Origin: the human T2T-CHM13v2.0 reference genome, Homo sapiens
Assembly (NCBI RefSeq): GCF_009914755.1
Contig: NC_060940.1
DNA length: 64,000 bases
Strand: one strand, 5' to 3'
In this document: piece after piece, positions 15,301-30,675 of the stretch
Position numbering within the stretch: position 1 is the first letter of the stretch
Layout of the letters: every line of letters starts with the position of its first letter
The notes under the pieces: model-generated
What the model was told of the DNA's origin: nothing
Databases searched by the model: none
Seen by the model: only the letters and a program-made list of their open reading frames with translations
Position numbers and translations under genes: made by a program

Positions 15301-18300
15301 TCCATTCGATGATTCCATTCGATTCCATTCGATGTTGATTCTGTTCAAATCCATTCGATGATTCCACTCGATTCCATTCGTTGACTCCATTTGATCCCAT
15401 TCGATGATTTCCTTTGATTCCCTTTGATGATCATTCCATTTGATTCAATTCGGTGATTTCATTTGATTCCATTCAGTGATGTTTCCATTCGACTCCATTC
15501 GATGATGATTCCATTCGACTACATTCGATTATGATTTCATTCAATTCCATTCGATAATGATTCCCTTCGAGTCCATTCGATGATTCCATTCGATTCCATT
15601 CAACGATGATTTGATTCGTGTCCATTCGATGATTCCATTTGATTCCACTTGATGATGATTCCATTCCAGTCCATTTGATGATTCCATTCAATTCCATACT
15701 CCGATGATTTCTTTTGAGCCCACTCAATGCTTCCACTCGATTCCATATGATGATGACTCCATTCGATGAAATTCGATGATGATTCCATTCGCTTGCTTTC
15801 GATGATGATTCCACTTGAGTCCGTTAGAAGATTCTATTCAATTACATTCCATGACGATTCCGTTCGAGTCCATTTGATGATTCCATTAGACTCCATTCGA
15901 CGATGATTCCATTCGATGTTATTCAATGATTCCATTCGATCTCATTCGATGATGATTCCATTCAACTCCATTCGATGTTTCCATTCGAGTTCATTCTATT
16001 ATTCCATTAGATTCCATTCGATGATGATTCCATTCGATTCCATTTGATGATTGCATTCTATTTCATTTGATGATGATTCCATTCGAGTCCACTCGATGAT
16101 TCCATTCGAGTCCATTTAATGAATCCATTGGTTTCAATTCTATGATGATTACATTGGATTCCATTCGTTGATGATTTCATTCGGTTCCATTCAATGATGA
16201 TTCCATTCAATTCCTTTCAATGTTTCCATTCAATTCCATACGATGATGATTCCATTTGATTTGATTCGACAGTGAGCCATTCGATTCAATTCCATGATGA
16301 TTCTATTTGATTCAATTGGTTGACATTTCCATTCGATTCCATTCGATGATGATTCCCTTTGATTCCGTTCAAAGATGATTCCATTCTAGCCCATTCAATC
16401 ATTCCATTCGATTCTATTCAATGATGATTCCATTCATGTCGATTTGGTGATTCCATTTGACTTCATTTGATGATGATTCCTTTCAAGTTCATTAGATGAT
16501 TCCATTCGATTCCATTTGATGATGATCCCATTCGAGTCCATTCAGTGATTCCATTCGTTTCCATTCCATGATGATTCCATTCCTTTCCATTCAATGATTC
16601 CATTCGATTCCGTTTGATGATGATTTCATTCGAGTCCATTTGATGATTCCATTTGATTCCATTCGATGATGATTCCATTCGAGTCCATTCGATGATTCTA
16701 TTCGAATCCATTTGATGATTTCTTTTGATTATATTTGGTGATGATTCCATTGGAGTCCATTCAATGATTCCATTCTATTCCAATCGATGATGATTCCATT
16801 AGAGTCCATTTAATGATTCCATTTGATTCCAGTCTCTGATGATTACATTCGAGTCCATACGATGATTCCACTCAATTCCATATGATGATGATTCCATTTG
16901 ATTCCATTCGGTGATTCCATTCTATTCTATTCAATGGTGATTCCATTCGAGTACATTAGATGATTCCATTCGATTCCATTCAATGATGATTCTATTTGTG
17001 TCCCTTAGATGATTCCACATGATTCCATTAGATGATGATACTATTTGAGCCCATCCAATGATTCCCTTCGATTCCATTCGATGAGGATTCCATTCGATTC
17101 AATTCATTGGTGATTCTATTCAATTCAATTCTTTGATTCCATTCCATTCCATTCGACAATGATTCCATTCGATTTCTTTCGATGATTCCACTCGATTCCA
17201 CTTGACATTGATTCCATTCGATTCCATTCAATGATTCCATTTGATTCCAGTGGATGATGATTGCCATCGATTCCATTCGATCACTCCATTCTATTCCATT
17301 TGATGATGATTACATTCGATTCCATTTGATGATTCCATCTGATTCTATTCGAGGATTCCATTTGATTCCATTCGATGATGATTCCATTCGAGTCCATTCG
17401 ATGATTTCATTCGAGTACATCCAATGATTCCATTCGAGTCCATTAGATGATTCCATTTGATTCCATTTGAAAATGATTCTACTAGAGTCCATTCAATGAC
17501 TCCATTCGAGTCCATTCAACAATTCCATTCGACTCCATTCGATGATTCCATTCGATTCCATTTGATGGTTCCATTCGAGTCCATTTAATCATTACAGTCG
17601 AGTCCATTTGGTGATTCCACTGGATTTCTTTTGATAATGATACCATTCAATTACATTTGATGATGATCCCATTCAATTTCATTTGATGATGATTCCATTA
17701 GAGTCCATTCGATGATTTCATTCGAGTCCCTTCATTGATTCCATCCGATTTCATTGGATGATGACTCCATTCGAGTCCATTCGATGATTCCACTCGATTC
17801 CATTAGATGACTCCATTGGAGTCCATTTGATTGTTCCATTCGATTCCATTCGATTCCTTTCGAAGATTATTCCATTTGAGTCCATTCGATGATGATTCCA
17901 TTCCATTCCATTCGATGATTCCGTTTGATTCCATTCGATGATTCCCTTCGATTCCTTTCTTTGATGATTCCATTCCATTCCATTCAATGATTCCATTCGA
18001 ATCTATTCCATGATGATTCCTTTCGATTCCATTCGCTGATGTTTCCGTTCAATTCCATTCGATGATGATTCCATTCGATTCCATTCATTGAGGATTCCAT
18101 TTGATTCCATTCAATGATGATTCCATTCTATTCCATTCAATGATTGCATTCAATTCCATTCAATGATTATCCCATTAGAGTAAACTCAACGATTCCATTC
18201 AATACCATTCGATGATGATTCCTTTTGAGTCCATTCAATGATTTCATTCAAGTCCATTTGATGATTCCTTTCAATTCCATTCTATGATGATTCCATTCGA

Positions 18301-21300
18301 GTCCATTCGATGATTCCATTCGATTGCATTCGATGATTCCATTATATTCCATTCAACGGTGATTCCATTCGAGTCCATTCCATAATTCCATTAGAGTACA
18401 TTTAATGATTGCTTTGTTTTCAATTCGAAGATGATTACATTGGATTCCATTCTATGATACCATTCGATTCCATTCAATGATGATTCCACTCAAATCCATT
18501 GGATGATTCCATTCGTGTCCATTCGGTGATTTCATTAGATTCCATTCGAGGATGATTCCATTCGATTCCATTCGATGATTCCATTCAATTCCATTCGATG
18601 ATGATTCCATTCCAGTCCATATGATCATTCCATTTGATTTCATTCGATGATGATTCCATTCGATTCGATTCGACGATTCCATTCTATTCCATTCGATGAT
18701 GATTCCATTCGAGTCCATTCGATGATTCCATTCGAGTCCATTTAATGATTCCATTGGGTTCAATTCAATGATGATTACATTGGATTCCGTTCTATGATTC
18801 CATTCAATTCCGTTCATTGACAATTTGATTCCATTCGATGATGATTCCATTTGAGTTCATTCGATGATTCTATTCGATTCTCTTCGATGGTGATTCAATT
18901 CTATTATATTGGATGATTCCATTCGATTCCATTTGATGTTGATTCAATTCGATTCTATTCGATGATGATTCCATTGGATTTCACTTGATGATTCTATTCG
19001 ATTCCATTCAATGATGATTCACTTCTCGTCCATTGGATGATTCCATTTCATTCCATTCGATGATGATTCCATTCGATTCCATTCGATGATTCCATTTGAT
19101 TCCATGCGACGGTGAGCAATTCGATTCAATTCCATGATGATTCTATTTGATTCAATTAGATGATGTTTCCATTCGAATCCATTCCATGATTATTCCATTG
19201 GAATCCATTCGGCGATGATTCCATATGAGTCAATTCAATGATGATTCCATATGGGTCCGTTCGATGATAATTCCATTTGATTTCATTCGATGCTTCTATT
19301 CTATTCCAGTCGATGATGATTCCGTTGGAGTCCATACGATGATTCCATTTGATTTCATTTGATGATGATTCCATTCGATGATGATTACATTGGATTCCAT
19401 TCTATGATTCCATTCAATTCCATTCGTTGATGATTCGATTCCATTCAATGATGATTCCATTTGAGTTCATTCGATGATTCTATTCGATTCCGTTCGATGG
19501 TGATTCAATTCTATTATATTGGATGATTCCACTCGATTCCATTTGATGATTATTCCATTGGAGTCCACTTAGTGAATCCTTTAGATTCTACTCGACGATG
19601 ATTCCATTCGAGTCCATTCGATGATACCATTCAATTCCATTCGTTGATGCTTCCATTCAAGTGCATTCGATGATATCATTCGATTCCATTTGATGATAAT
19701 TCCATTTGATTCCATGCGATGATTCTATTCGATTCCATTCAATGATAATTCCATTCAATTCAGTGATTCCTCTGGACTCCATTTGATGATGATTCCATTC
19801 AATGATTCCATTCGATTCTATTCGAAAATGATTCCATTTGAATCCATTTGATGATGATTCCATTAGATTCCATTTGATGATTCCATTCGATTCCATTCGA
19901 CGATGATTCCATTCGATTCCGTTTGATGATTCCATTCTATTCTATTCGATGATGATTCCATTCGATTCCATTCGATGATGATTGGATTCGATTCCATTTG
20001 ATGATTTCATTTGATTCCATTCGTTAATGATTTCGATCAATTCCATTCGATGATTCCATTCGATTCCATTCGATAATGATTACATCCGAGTCCATTCGAT
20101 GATTCCCTTTGAGCCTGTTCGATAATTCCATTTGAGTCCAACCAATGATTCCATTCATTTCCATTCAATGATTCCATTCGAGTCCATTTGATCATTCCGG
20201 TAGGGTCCATTCGATGTTGATTCCATTGGAGTGCATTCGATGATTCCATTCGAGTCCATTTTAGGATTTGATTCGAGTCCTTTCGATGATTCCATTCGAT
20301 TCCACTCGATGATGATTTCATTCGAGTCCATTCGACACTTCCAATCGATTCCATTTGATGATTCCATTCGAGTCCAATTGATGATTCCATTCAATTCCAT
20401 TCGATGATGATTCCGTATGATTCCATTCTGTGATGATTCCATGTGATTGCATTCAATGATGATTCCTTTCGATTGCATTCGATTATGATTCATTTCGTGT
20501 TCATTCTATGGTTCCACAGGTTTCCATTCGTGTCCATTCCATTATTCCATTCTATTCCATTTGATGATGATTCCATTCGATTCCATTCATTGGTGATTCC
20601 ACTCAATTCCATTCAATGATTCCATTCCATTTCTTTCAACAATGATTCCATTAGTTTCTAATCGATGATCCACTTGATTCCATTTGACGACGATTCCATT
20701 CTTGTCCATTCGATGATTCCATTTGATTCCATATGATGATGATTCCATTCGATTCCATACCATGATGATTCCATTCGAGTCCATTCAATGGTGATTCCAT
20801 TCAATTCCATTCGATGATTCCTTTTGATTCCATTCGATGATGATGGCATTCGATTCCTTTCAATCATTCCCTTTGATTCCATTCAAAGGTGATTTCATTC
20901 AAGTCCATTCGATAATTGCATTCGATTCCATTCTATGATGATTCCATTCGAGTCCATTTGATGATTCCATTCAATTCAAGTCAATGATGATTCCATTCGA
21001 TTCCATTCGATGATTCCATTGGATTCCATTCGATGATGATTCCATTTAAATCCATTCGATAATTCAATTCAAGTCCATTCGATGATGATTCCAATCGAAT
21101 CCATTCAAAGATTCCATTCAGTTCCATTCGATGATTCCCTTAGATTCCATTCGATGATTCCACTTGATTCCATTTACGATGATTCCATTCGATTCCATGT
21201 GATGATTCCATTCAATTCTATTCAATGATGTCTCCATTTGATTCCATTCGACCATGATTGCCTTTGATTCCATTCAATGATTCCATTCGGTTCCGTTTGA

Positions 21301-24300
21301 TGATGATTCCGTTCGATTCCATTTGATGATTCCATTTGATTCCATTGGATGAGTCCATTCGATTACATTCGATGATTATTCCATACGAGTGCATTAGATG
21401 ATTCCATTCGAGTCCATTCGATGATTCCATTCGATTCCATTCGATGTTGATTCTGTTCAAATCCATTCGATGATTCCACTCGATTCCATTCGATGACTCC
21501 ATTTGATCCCATTCGATGATTTCCTTTGATTCCCTTTGATGATCATTCCATTTGATTCAATTCGGTGATTTCATTTGATTCCATTCAGTGATGTTTCCAT
21601 TCGACTCCATTCGATGATGATTCCATTCGACTCCATTCGATTATGATTTCATTCAATTCCATTCGATAATGATTCCCTTCGAGTCCATTCGATGATTCCA
21701 TTCGATTCCATTCAACGATGATTTGATTCGTGTCCATTCGATGATTCCATTTGATTCCACTTGATGATGATTCCATTCCAGTCCATTTGATGATTCCATT
21801 CAATTCCATACTCCGATGATTTCTTTTGAGCCCACTCAATGCTTCCACTCGATTCCATATGATGATGACTCCATTCGATGAAATTCGATGATGATTCCAT
21901 TCGCTTGCTTTCGATGATGATTCCACTTGAGTCCGTTAGAAGATTCTATTCAATTACATTCCAGGACGATTCCGTTCGAGTCCATTTGATGATTCCATTA
22001 GACTCCATTCGACGATGATTCCATTCGATGTTATTTGATGATTCCATTCGATCTCATTCGATGATGATTCCATTCAACTCCATTCGATGTTTCCATTCGA
22101 GTTCATTCTATTATTCCATTAGATTCCATTCGATGATGATTCCATTCGATTCCATTTGATGATTGCATTCTATTTCATTTGATGATGATTCCATTCGAGT
22201 CCACTCGATGATTCCATTCGAGTCCATTTAATGAATCCATTGGTTTCAATTCTATGATGATTACATTGGATTCCATTCGTTGATGATTTCATTCGGTTCC
22301 ATTCAATGATGATTCCATTCAATTCCTTTCAATGTTTCCATTCAATTCCATACGATGATGATTCCATTTGATTTGATTCGACAGTGAGCCATTCGATTCA
22401 ATTCCATGATGATTCTATTTGATTCAATTGGTTGACATTTCCATTCGATTCCATTCGATGATGATTCCCTTTGATTCCGTTCAAAGATGATTCCATTCTA
22501 GCCCATTCAATCATTCCATTCGATTCTATTCAATGATGATTCCATTCATGTCGATTTGGTGATTCCATTTGACTTCATTTGATGATGATTCCTTTCAAGT
22601 TCATTAGATGATTCCATTCGATTCCATTTGATGATGATCCCATTCGAGTCCATTCAGTGATTCCATTCGTTTCCATTCCATGATGATTCCATTCCTTTCC
22701 ATTCAATGATTCCATTCGATTCCGTTTGATGATGATTTCATTCGAGTCCATTTGATGATTCCATTTGATTCCATTCGATGATGATTCCATTCGAGTCCAT
22801 TCGATGATTCTATTCGAATCCATTTGATGATTTCTTTTGATTATATTTGGTGATGATTCCATTGGAGTCCATTCAATGATTCCATTCTATTCCAATCGAT
22901 GATGATTCCATTAGAGTCCATTTAATGATTCCATTTGATTCCAGTCTCTGATGATTACATTTGAGTCCATACGATGATTCCACTCAATTCCATATGATGA
23001 TGATTCCATTTGATTCCATTCGGTGATTCCGTTCTATTCTATTCAATGGTGATTCCATTCGAGTACATTAGATGATTCCATTCGATTCCATTCAATGATG
23101 ATTCTATTTGTGTCCCTTAGATGATTCCACATGATTCCATTAGATGATGATACTATTTGAGCCCATCCAATGATTCCCTTCGATTCCATTCGATGAGGAT
23201 TCCATTCGATTCAATTCATTGGTGATTCTATTCAATTCAATTCTTTGATTCCATTCCATTCCATTCGACAATGATTCCATTCGATTTCTTTCGATGATTC
23301 CACTCGATTCCACTTGACATTGATTCCATTCGATTCCATTCAATGATTCCATTTGATTCCAGTGGATGATGATTGCCATCGATTCCATTCGATCACTCCA
23401 TTCTATTCCATTTGATGATGATTACATTCGATTCCATTTGATGATTCCATCTGATTCTATTCGAGGATTCCATTTGATTCCATTCGATGATGATTCCATT
23501 CGAGTCCATTCGATGATTTCATTCGAGTACATCCAATGATTCCATTCGAGTCCATTAGATGATTCCATTTGATTCCATTTGAAAATGATTCTACTAGAGT
23601 CCATTCAATGACTCCATTCGAGTCCATTCAACAGTTCCATTCGACTCCATTCGATGATTCCATTCGATTCCATTTGATGGTTCCATTCGAGTCCATTTAA
23701 TCATTACAGTCGAGTCCATTTGGTGATTCCACTGGATTTCTTTTGATAATGATACCATTCAATTACATTTGATGATGATCCCATTCAATTTCATTTGATG
23801 ATGATTCCATTAGAGTCCATTCGATGATTTCATTCGAGTCCCTTCATTGATTCCATCCGATTTCATTGGATGATGACTCCATTCGAGTCCATTCGATGAT
23901 TCCACTCGATTCCATTAGATGACTCCATTGGAGTCCATTTGATTGTTCCATTCGATTCCATTCGATTCCTTTCTAAGATTATTCCATTTGAGGCCATTCG
24001 GTGATGATTCCATTCCATTCCATTCGATGATTCCGTTTGATTCCATTCGATGATTCCCTTCGATTCCTTTCTTTGATGATTCCATTCCATTCCATTCAAT
24101 GATTCCATTCGAATCTATTCCATGATGATTCATTTCGATTCCATTCGCTGATGTTTCCGTTCAATTCCATTCGATGATGATTCCATTCGATTCCATTCAT
24201 TGAGGATTCCATTTGATTCCATTCAATGATGATTCCATTCTATTCCATTCAATGATTGCATTCAATTCCATTCAATGATTATCCCCTTAGAGTAAACTCA

Positions 24301-27300
24301 ACGATTCCATTCAATACCATTCGATGATGATTCCTTTTGAGTCCATTCAATGATTTCATTCAAGTCCATTTGATGATTCCTTTCAATTCCATTCTATGAT
24401 GATTCCATTCGAGTCCATTCGATGATTCCATTCGATTGCATTCGATGATTCCATTATATTCCATTCAACGGTGATTCCATTCGAGTCCATTCCATGATTC
24501 CATTAGAGTACATTTAATGATTGCTTTGTTTTCAATTCGAAGATGATTACATTGGATTCCATTCTATGATACCATTCGATTCCATTCAATGATGATTCCA
24601 CTCAAATCCATTGGATGATTCCATTCGTGTCCATTCGGTGATTTCATTAGATTCCATTCGAGGATGATTCCATTCGATTCCATTCGATGATTCCATTCAA
24701 TTCCATTCGATGATGATTCCATTCCAGTCCATATGATCATTCCATTTGATTTCATTCGATGATGATTCCATTCGATTCCATTCGACGATTCCATTCTATT
24801 CCATTCGATGATGATTCCATTCGAGTCCATTCGATCATTCCATTCGAGTCCATTTAATGATTCCATTGGGTTCAATTCAATGATGATTACATTGGATTCC
24901 GTTCTATGATTCCATTCAACTCCGTTCATTGACAATTTGATTCCATTCGATGATGATTCCATTTGAGTTCATTCGATGATTCTATTCGATTCTCTTCGAT
25001 GGTGATTCAATTCTATTATATTGGATGATTCCATTCGATTCCATTTGATGTTGATTCAATTCGATTCTATTCGATGATGATTCCATTGGATTTCACTTGA
25101 TGATTCTATTCGATTCCATTCAATGATGATTCACTTCTCGTCCATTGGATGATTCCATTTCATTCCATTCGATGATGATTCCATTCGATTCCATTCGATG
25201 ATTCCTTTTGATTCCATGCGACGGTGAGCAATTCGATTCAATTCCATGATGATTCTATTTGATTCAATTAGATGATGTTTCCATTCGAATCCATTCCATG
25301 ATTATTCCATTGGAATCCATTCGGCGATGATTCCATATGAGTCAATTCAATGATGATTCCATATGGGTCCGTTCGATGATAATTCCATTTGATTTTATTC
25401 GATGCTTCTATTCTATTCCAGTCGATGATGATTCCGTTGGAGTCCATACGATGATTCCATTTGATTTCATTTGATGATGATTCCATTCGATGATGATTAC
25501 ATTGGATTCCATTCTATGATTCCATTCAATTCCATTCGTTGATGATTCGATTCCATTCAATGATGATTCCATTTGAGTTCATTCGATGATTCTATTCGAT
25601 TCCGTTCGATGGTGATTCAATTCTATTATATTGGATGATTCCACTCGATTCCATTTGATGATTATTCCATTGGAGTCCACTTAGTGAATCCTTTAGATTC
25701 TACTCGACGATGATTCCATTCGAGTCCATTCGATGATACCATTCAATTCCATTCGTTGATGCTTCCATTCAAGTGCATTCGATGATATCATTCGATTCCA
25801 TTTGATGATAATTCCATTTGATTCCATGCGATGATTCTATTCGATTCCATTCAATGATAATTCCATTCAATTCAGTGATTCCTCTGGACTCCATTTGATG
25901 ATGATTCCATTCAATGATTCCATTCGATTCTATTCGAAAATGATTCCATTTGAATCCATTTGATGATGATTCCATTAGATTCCATTTGATGATTCCATTC
26001 GATTCCATTCGACGATGATTCCATTCGATTCCGTTTGATGATTCCATTCTATTCTATTCGATGATGATTCCATTCGATTCCATTCGATGATGATTGGATT
26101 CGATTCCATTTGATGATTTCATTTGATTCCATTCGTTAATGATTTCGATCAATTCCATTCGATGATTCCATTCGATTCCATTCGATAATGATTACATCCG
26201 AGTCCATTCGATGATTCCCTTTGAGCCTGTTCGATAATTCCATTTGAGTCCAACCAATGATTCCATTCATTTCCATTCAATGATTCCATTCGAGTCCATT
26301 TGATCATTCCGGTAGGGTCCATTCGATGTTGATTCCATTGGAGTGCATTCGATGATTCCATTCGAGTCCATTTTAGGATTTGATTCGAGTCCTTTCGATG
26401 ATTCCATTCGATTCCACTCGATGATGATTTCATTCGAGTCCATTCGACACTTCCAATCGATTCCATTTGATGATTCCATTCGAGTCCAATTGATGATTCC
26501 ATTCAATTCCATTCGATGATGATTCCGTACGATTCCATTCTGTGATGATTCCATGTGATTGCATTCAATGATGATTCCTTTTGATTGCATTCGATTATGA
26601 TTCATTTCGTGTTCATTTTATGGTTCCACAGGTTTCCATTCGTGTCCATTCCATTATTCCATTCTATTCCATTTGATGATGATTCCATTCGATTCCATTC
26701 ATTGGTGATTCCACTCAATTCCATTCAATGATTCCATTCCATTACTTTCAACAATGATTCCATTAGTTTCTAATCGATGATCCACTTGATTCCATTTGAC
26801 GACGATTCCATTCTTGTCCATTCGATGATTCCATTTGATTCCATATGATGATGATTCCATTCGATTCCATACCATGATGATTCCATTCGAGTCCATTCAA
26901 TGGTGATTCCATTCAATTCCATTCGATGATTCCTTTCGATTCCATTCGATGATGATGGCATTCGATTCCTTTCAATCATTCCCTTTGATTCCATTCCAAG
27001 GTGATTTCATTCAAGTCCATTCGATAATTGCATTCGATTCCATTCTATGATGATTCCATTCGAGTCCATTTGATGATTCCATTCAATTCAAGTCAATGAT
27101 GATTCCATTCGATTCCATTCGATGATTCCATTGGATTCCATTCGATGATGATTCCATTCAAATCCATTCGATAATTCAATTCAAGTCCATTCGATGATGA
27201 TTCCAATCGAATCCATTCAAAGATTCCATTCAGTTCCATTCGATGATTCCCTTAGATTCGATTCGATGATTCCACTTGATTGCATTTACGATGATTCCAT

Positions 27301-30300
27301 TCGATTCCATGTGATGATTCCATTCAATTCTATTCAATGATGTCTCCATTTGATTCCATTCGACCATGATTGCCTTTGATTCCATTCAATGATTCCATTC
27401 GGTTCCGTTTGATGATGATTCCGTTCGATTCCATTTGATGATTCCATTTGATTCCATTGGATGAGTCCATTCGATTACATTCGATGATTATTCCATTCGA
27501 GTGCATTAGATGATTCCATTCGAGTCCATTCGATGATTCCATTCGATTCCATTCGATGTTGATTCTGTTCAAATCCATTCGATGATTCCACTCGATTCCA
27601 TTCGATGACTCCATTTGATCCCATTCGATGATTTCCTTTGATTCCCTTTGATGATCATTCCATTTGATTCAATTCGGTGATTTCATTTGATTCCATTCAG
27701 TGATGTTTCCATTCGACTCCATTCGATGATGATTCCATTCGACTCCATTCGATTATGATTTCATTCAATTCCATTCGATAATGATTCCCTTCGAGTCCAT
27801 TCGATGATTCCATTCGATTCCATTCAACGATGATTTGATTCGTGTCCATTCGATGATTCCATTTGATTCCACTTGATGATGATTCCATTCGAGTCCATTT
27901 GATGATTCCATTCAATTCCATACTCCGATGATTTCTTTTGAGCCCACTCAATGCTTCCACTCGATTCCATATGATGATGACTCCATTCGATGAAATTCGA
28001 TGATGATTCCATTCGCTTGCTTTCGATGATGATTCCACTTGAGTCCGTTAGAAGATTCTATTCAATTACATTCCAGGACGATTCCGTTCGAGTCCATTTG
28101 ATGATTCCATTAGACTCCATTCGACGATGATTCCATTCGATGTTATTCGATGATTCCATTCGATCTCATTCGCTGATGATTCCATTCAACTCCATTCGAT
28201 GTTTCCATTCGAGTTCATTCTATTATTCCATTAGATTCCATTCGATGATGATTCCATTCGATTCCATTTGATGATTGCATTCTATTTCATTTGATGATGA
28301 TTCCATTCGAGTCCACTCGATGATTCCATTCGAGTCCATTTAATGAATCCATTGGTTTCAATTCTATGATGATTACATTGGATTCCATTCGTTGATGATT
28401 TCATTCGGTCCCATTCAATGATGATTCCATTCAATTCCTTTCAATGTTTCCATTCAATTCCATACGATGATGATTCCATTTGATTTGATTCGACAGTGAG
28501 CCATTCGATTCAATTCCATGATGATTCTATTTGATTCAATTGGTTGACATTTCCATTCGATTCCATTCGATGATGATTCCCTTTGATTCCGTTCAAAGAT
28601 GATTCCATTCTAGCCCATTCAATCATTCCATTCGATTCTATTCAATGATGATTCCATTCATGTCGATTTGGTGATTCCATTTGACTTCATTTGGTGATGA
28701 TTCCTTTCAAGTTCATTAGATGATTCCATTCGATTCCATTTGATGATGATCCCATTCGACTCCATTCAGTGATTCCATTCGTTTCTATTCCATGATGATT
28801 CCATTCCTTTCCATTCAATGATTGCATTCGATTCCGATTGATGATGATTTCATTCGAGTCCATTTGATGATTCCATTTGATTCCATTCGATGATGATTCC
28901 ATTCGAGTCCATTCGATGATTCTATTCGAATCCATTTGATGATTTCTTTTGATTATATTTGGTGATGATTCCATTGGAGTCCATTCAATGATTCCATTCT
29001 ATTCCAATCGATGATGATTCCATTAGAGTCCATTTAATGATTCCATTTGATTCCAGTCTCTGATGATTACATTCGAGTCCATACGATGATTCCACTCAAT
29101 TCCATATGATGATGATTCCATTTGATTCCATTCGGTGATTCCATTCTATTCTATTCAATGGTGATTCCATTCGAGTACATTAGATGATTCCATTCGATTC
29201 CATTCAATGATGATTCTATTTGTGTCCCTTAGATGATTCCACATGATTCCATTAGATGATGATACTATTTGAGCCCATCCAATGATTCCCTTCGATTCCA
29301 TTCGATGAGGATTCCATTTGATTCAATTCATTGGTGATTCTATTCAATTCAATTCTTTGATTCCATTCCATTCCATTCGACAATGATTCCATTCGATTTC
29401 TTTCGATGATTCCACTCGATTCCACTTGACATTGATTCCATTCGATTCCATTCAATGATTCCATTTTATTCCAGTGGATGATGATTGCCATCGATTCCAT
29501 TCGATCACTCCATTCTATTCCATTTGATGATGATTACATTCGATTCCATTTGATGATTCCATCTGATTCTATTCGAGGATTCCATTTGATTCCATTTGAT
29601 GATGATTCCATTCGAGTCCATTCGATGATTTCATTCGAGTACATCCAATGATTCCATTCGAGTCCATTAGATGATTCCATTTGATTCCATTTGAAAATGA
29701 TTCTACTAGAGTCCATTCAATGACTCCATTCGAGTCCATTCAACAATTCCATTCGACTCCATTCGATGATTCCATTCGATTCCATTTGATGGTTCCATTC
29801 GAGTCCATTTAATCATTACAGTCGAGTCCATTTGGTGATTCCACTGGATTTCTTTTGATAATGATACCATTCCATTACATTTGATGATGATCCCATTCAA
29901 TTTCATTTGATGATGATTCCATTAGAGTCCATTCGATGATTTCATTCGAGTCCCTTCATTGATTCCATCCGATTTCATTGGATGATGACTCCATTCGAGT
30001 CCATTCGATGATTCCACTCGATTCCATTAGATGACTCCATTGGAGTCCATTTGATTGTTCCATTCGATTCCATTCGATTCCTTTCGAAGATTATTCCATT
30101 TGAGTCCATTCGATGATGATTCCATTCCATTCCATTCGATGATTCCGTTTGATTCCATTCGATGATTCCCTTCGATTCCTTTCTTTGATGATTCCATTCC
30201 ATTCCATTCAATGATTCCATTCGAATCTATTCCATGATGATTCCTTTCGATTCCATTCGCTGATGTTTCCGTTCAATTCCATTCGATGATGATTCCATTC

Positions 30301-30675
30301 GATTCCATTCATTGAGGATTCCATTTGATTCCATTCAATGATGATTCCATTCTATTCCATTCAATGATTGCATTCAATTCCATTCAATGATTATCCCATT
30401 AGAGTAAACTCAACGATTCCATTCAATACCATTCGATGATGATTCCTTTTGAGTCCATTCAATGATTTCATTCAAGTCCATTTGATGATTCCTTTCAATT
30501 CCATTCTATGATGATTCCATTCGAGTCCATTCGATGATTCCATTCGATTGCATTCGATGATTCCATTATATTCCATTCAACGGTGATTCCATTCGAGTCC
30601 ATTCCATGATTCCATTAGAGTACATTTAATGATTGCTTTGTTTTCAATTCGAAGATGATTACATTGGATTCCATT
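12340..30675 (+). repeat. Units U3, U4 and U5: three consecutive full 6,112-bp copies
   Basis: Starts at 12340, 18452 and 24564, next start at 30676. All internal landmarks are at identical offsets. Confidence 0.92.
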
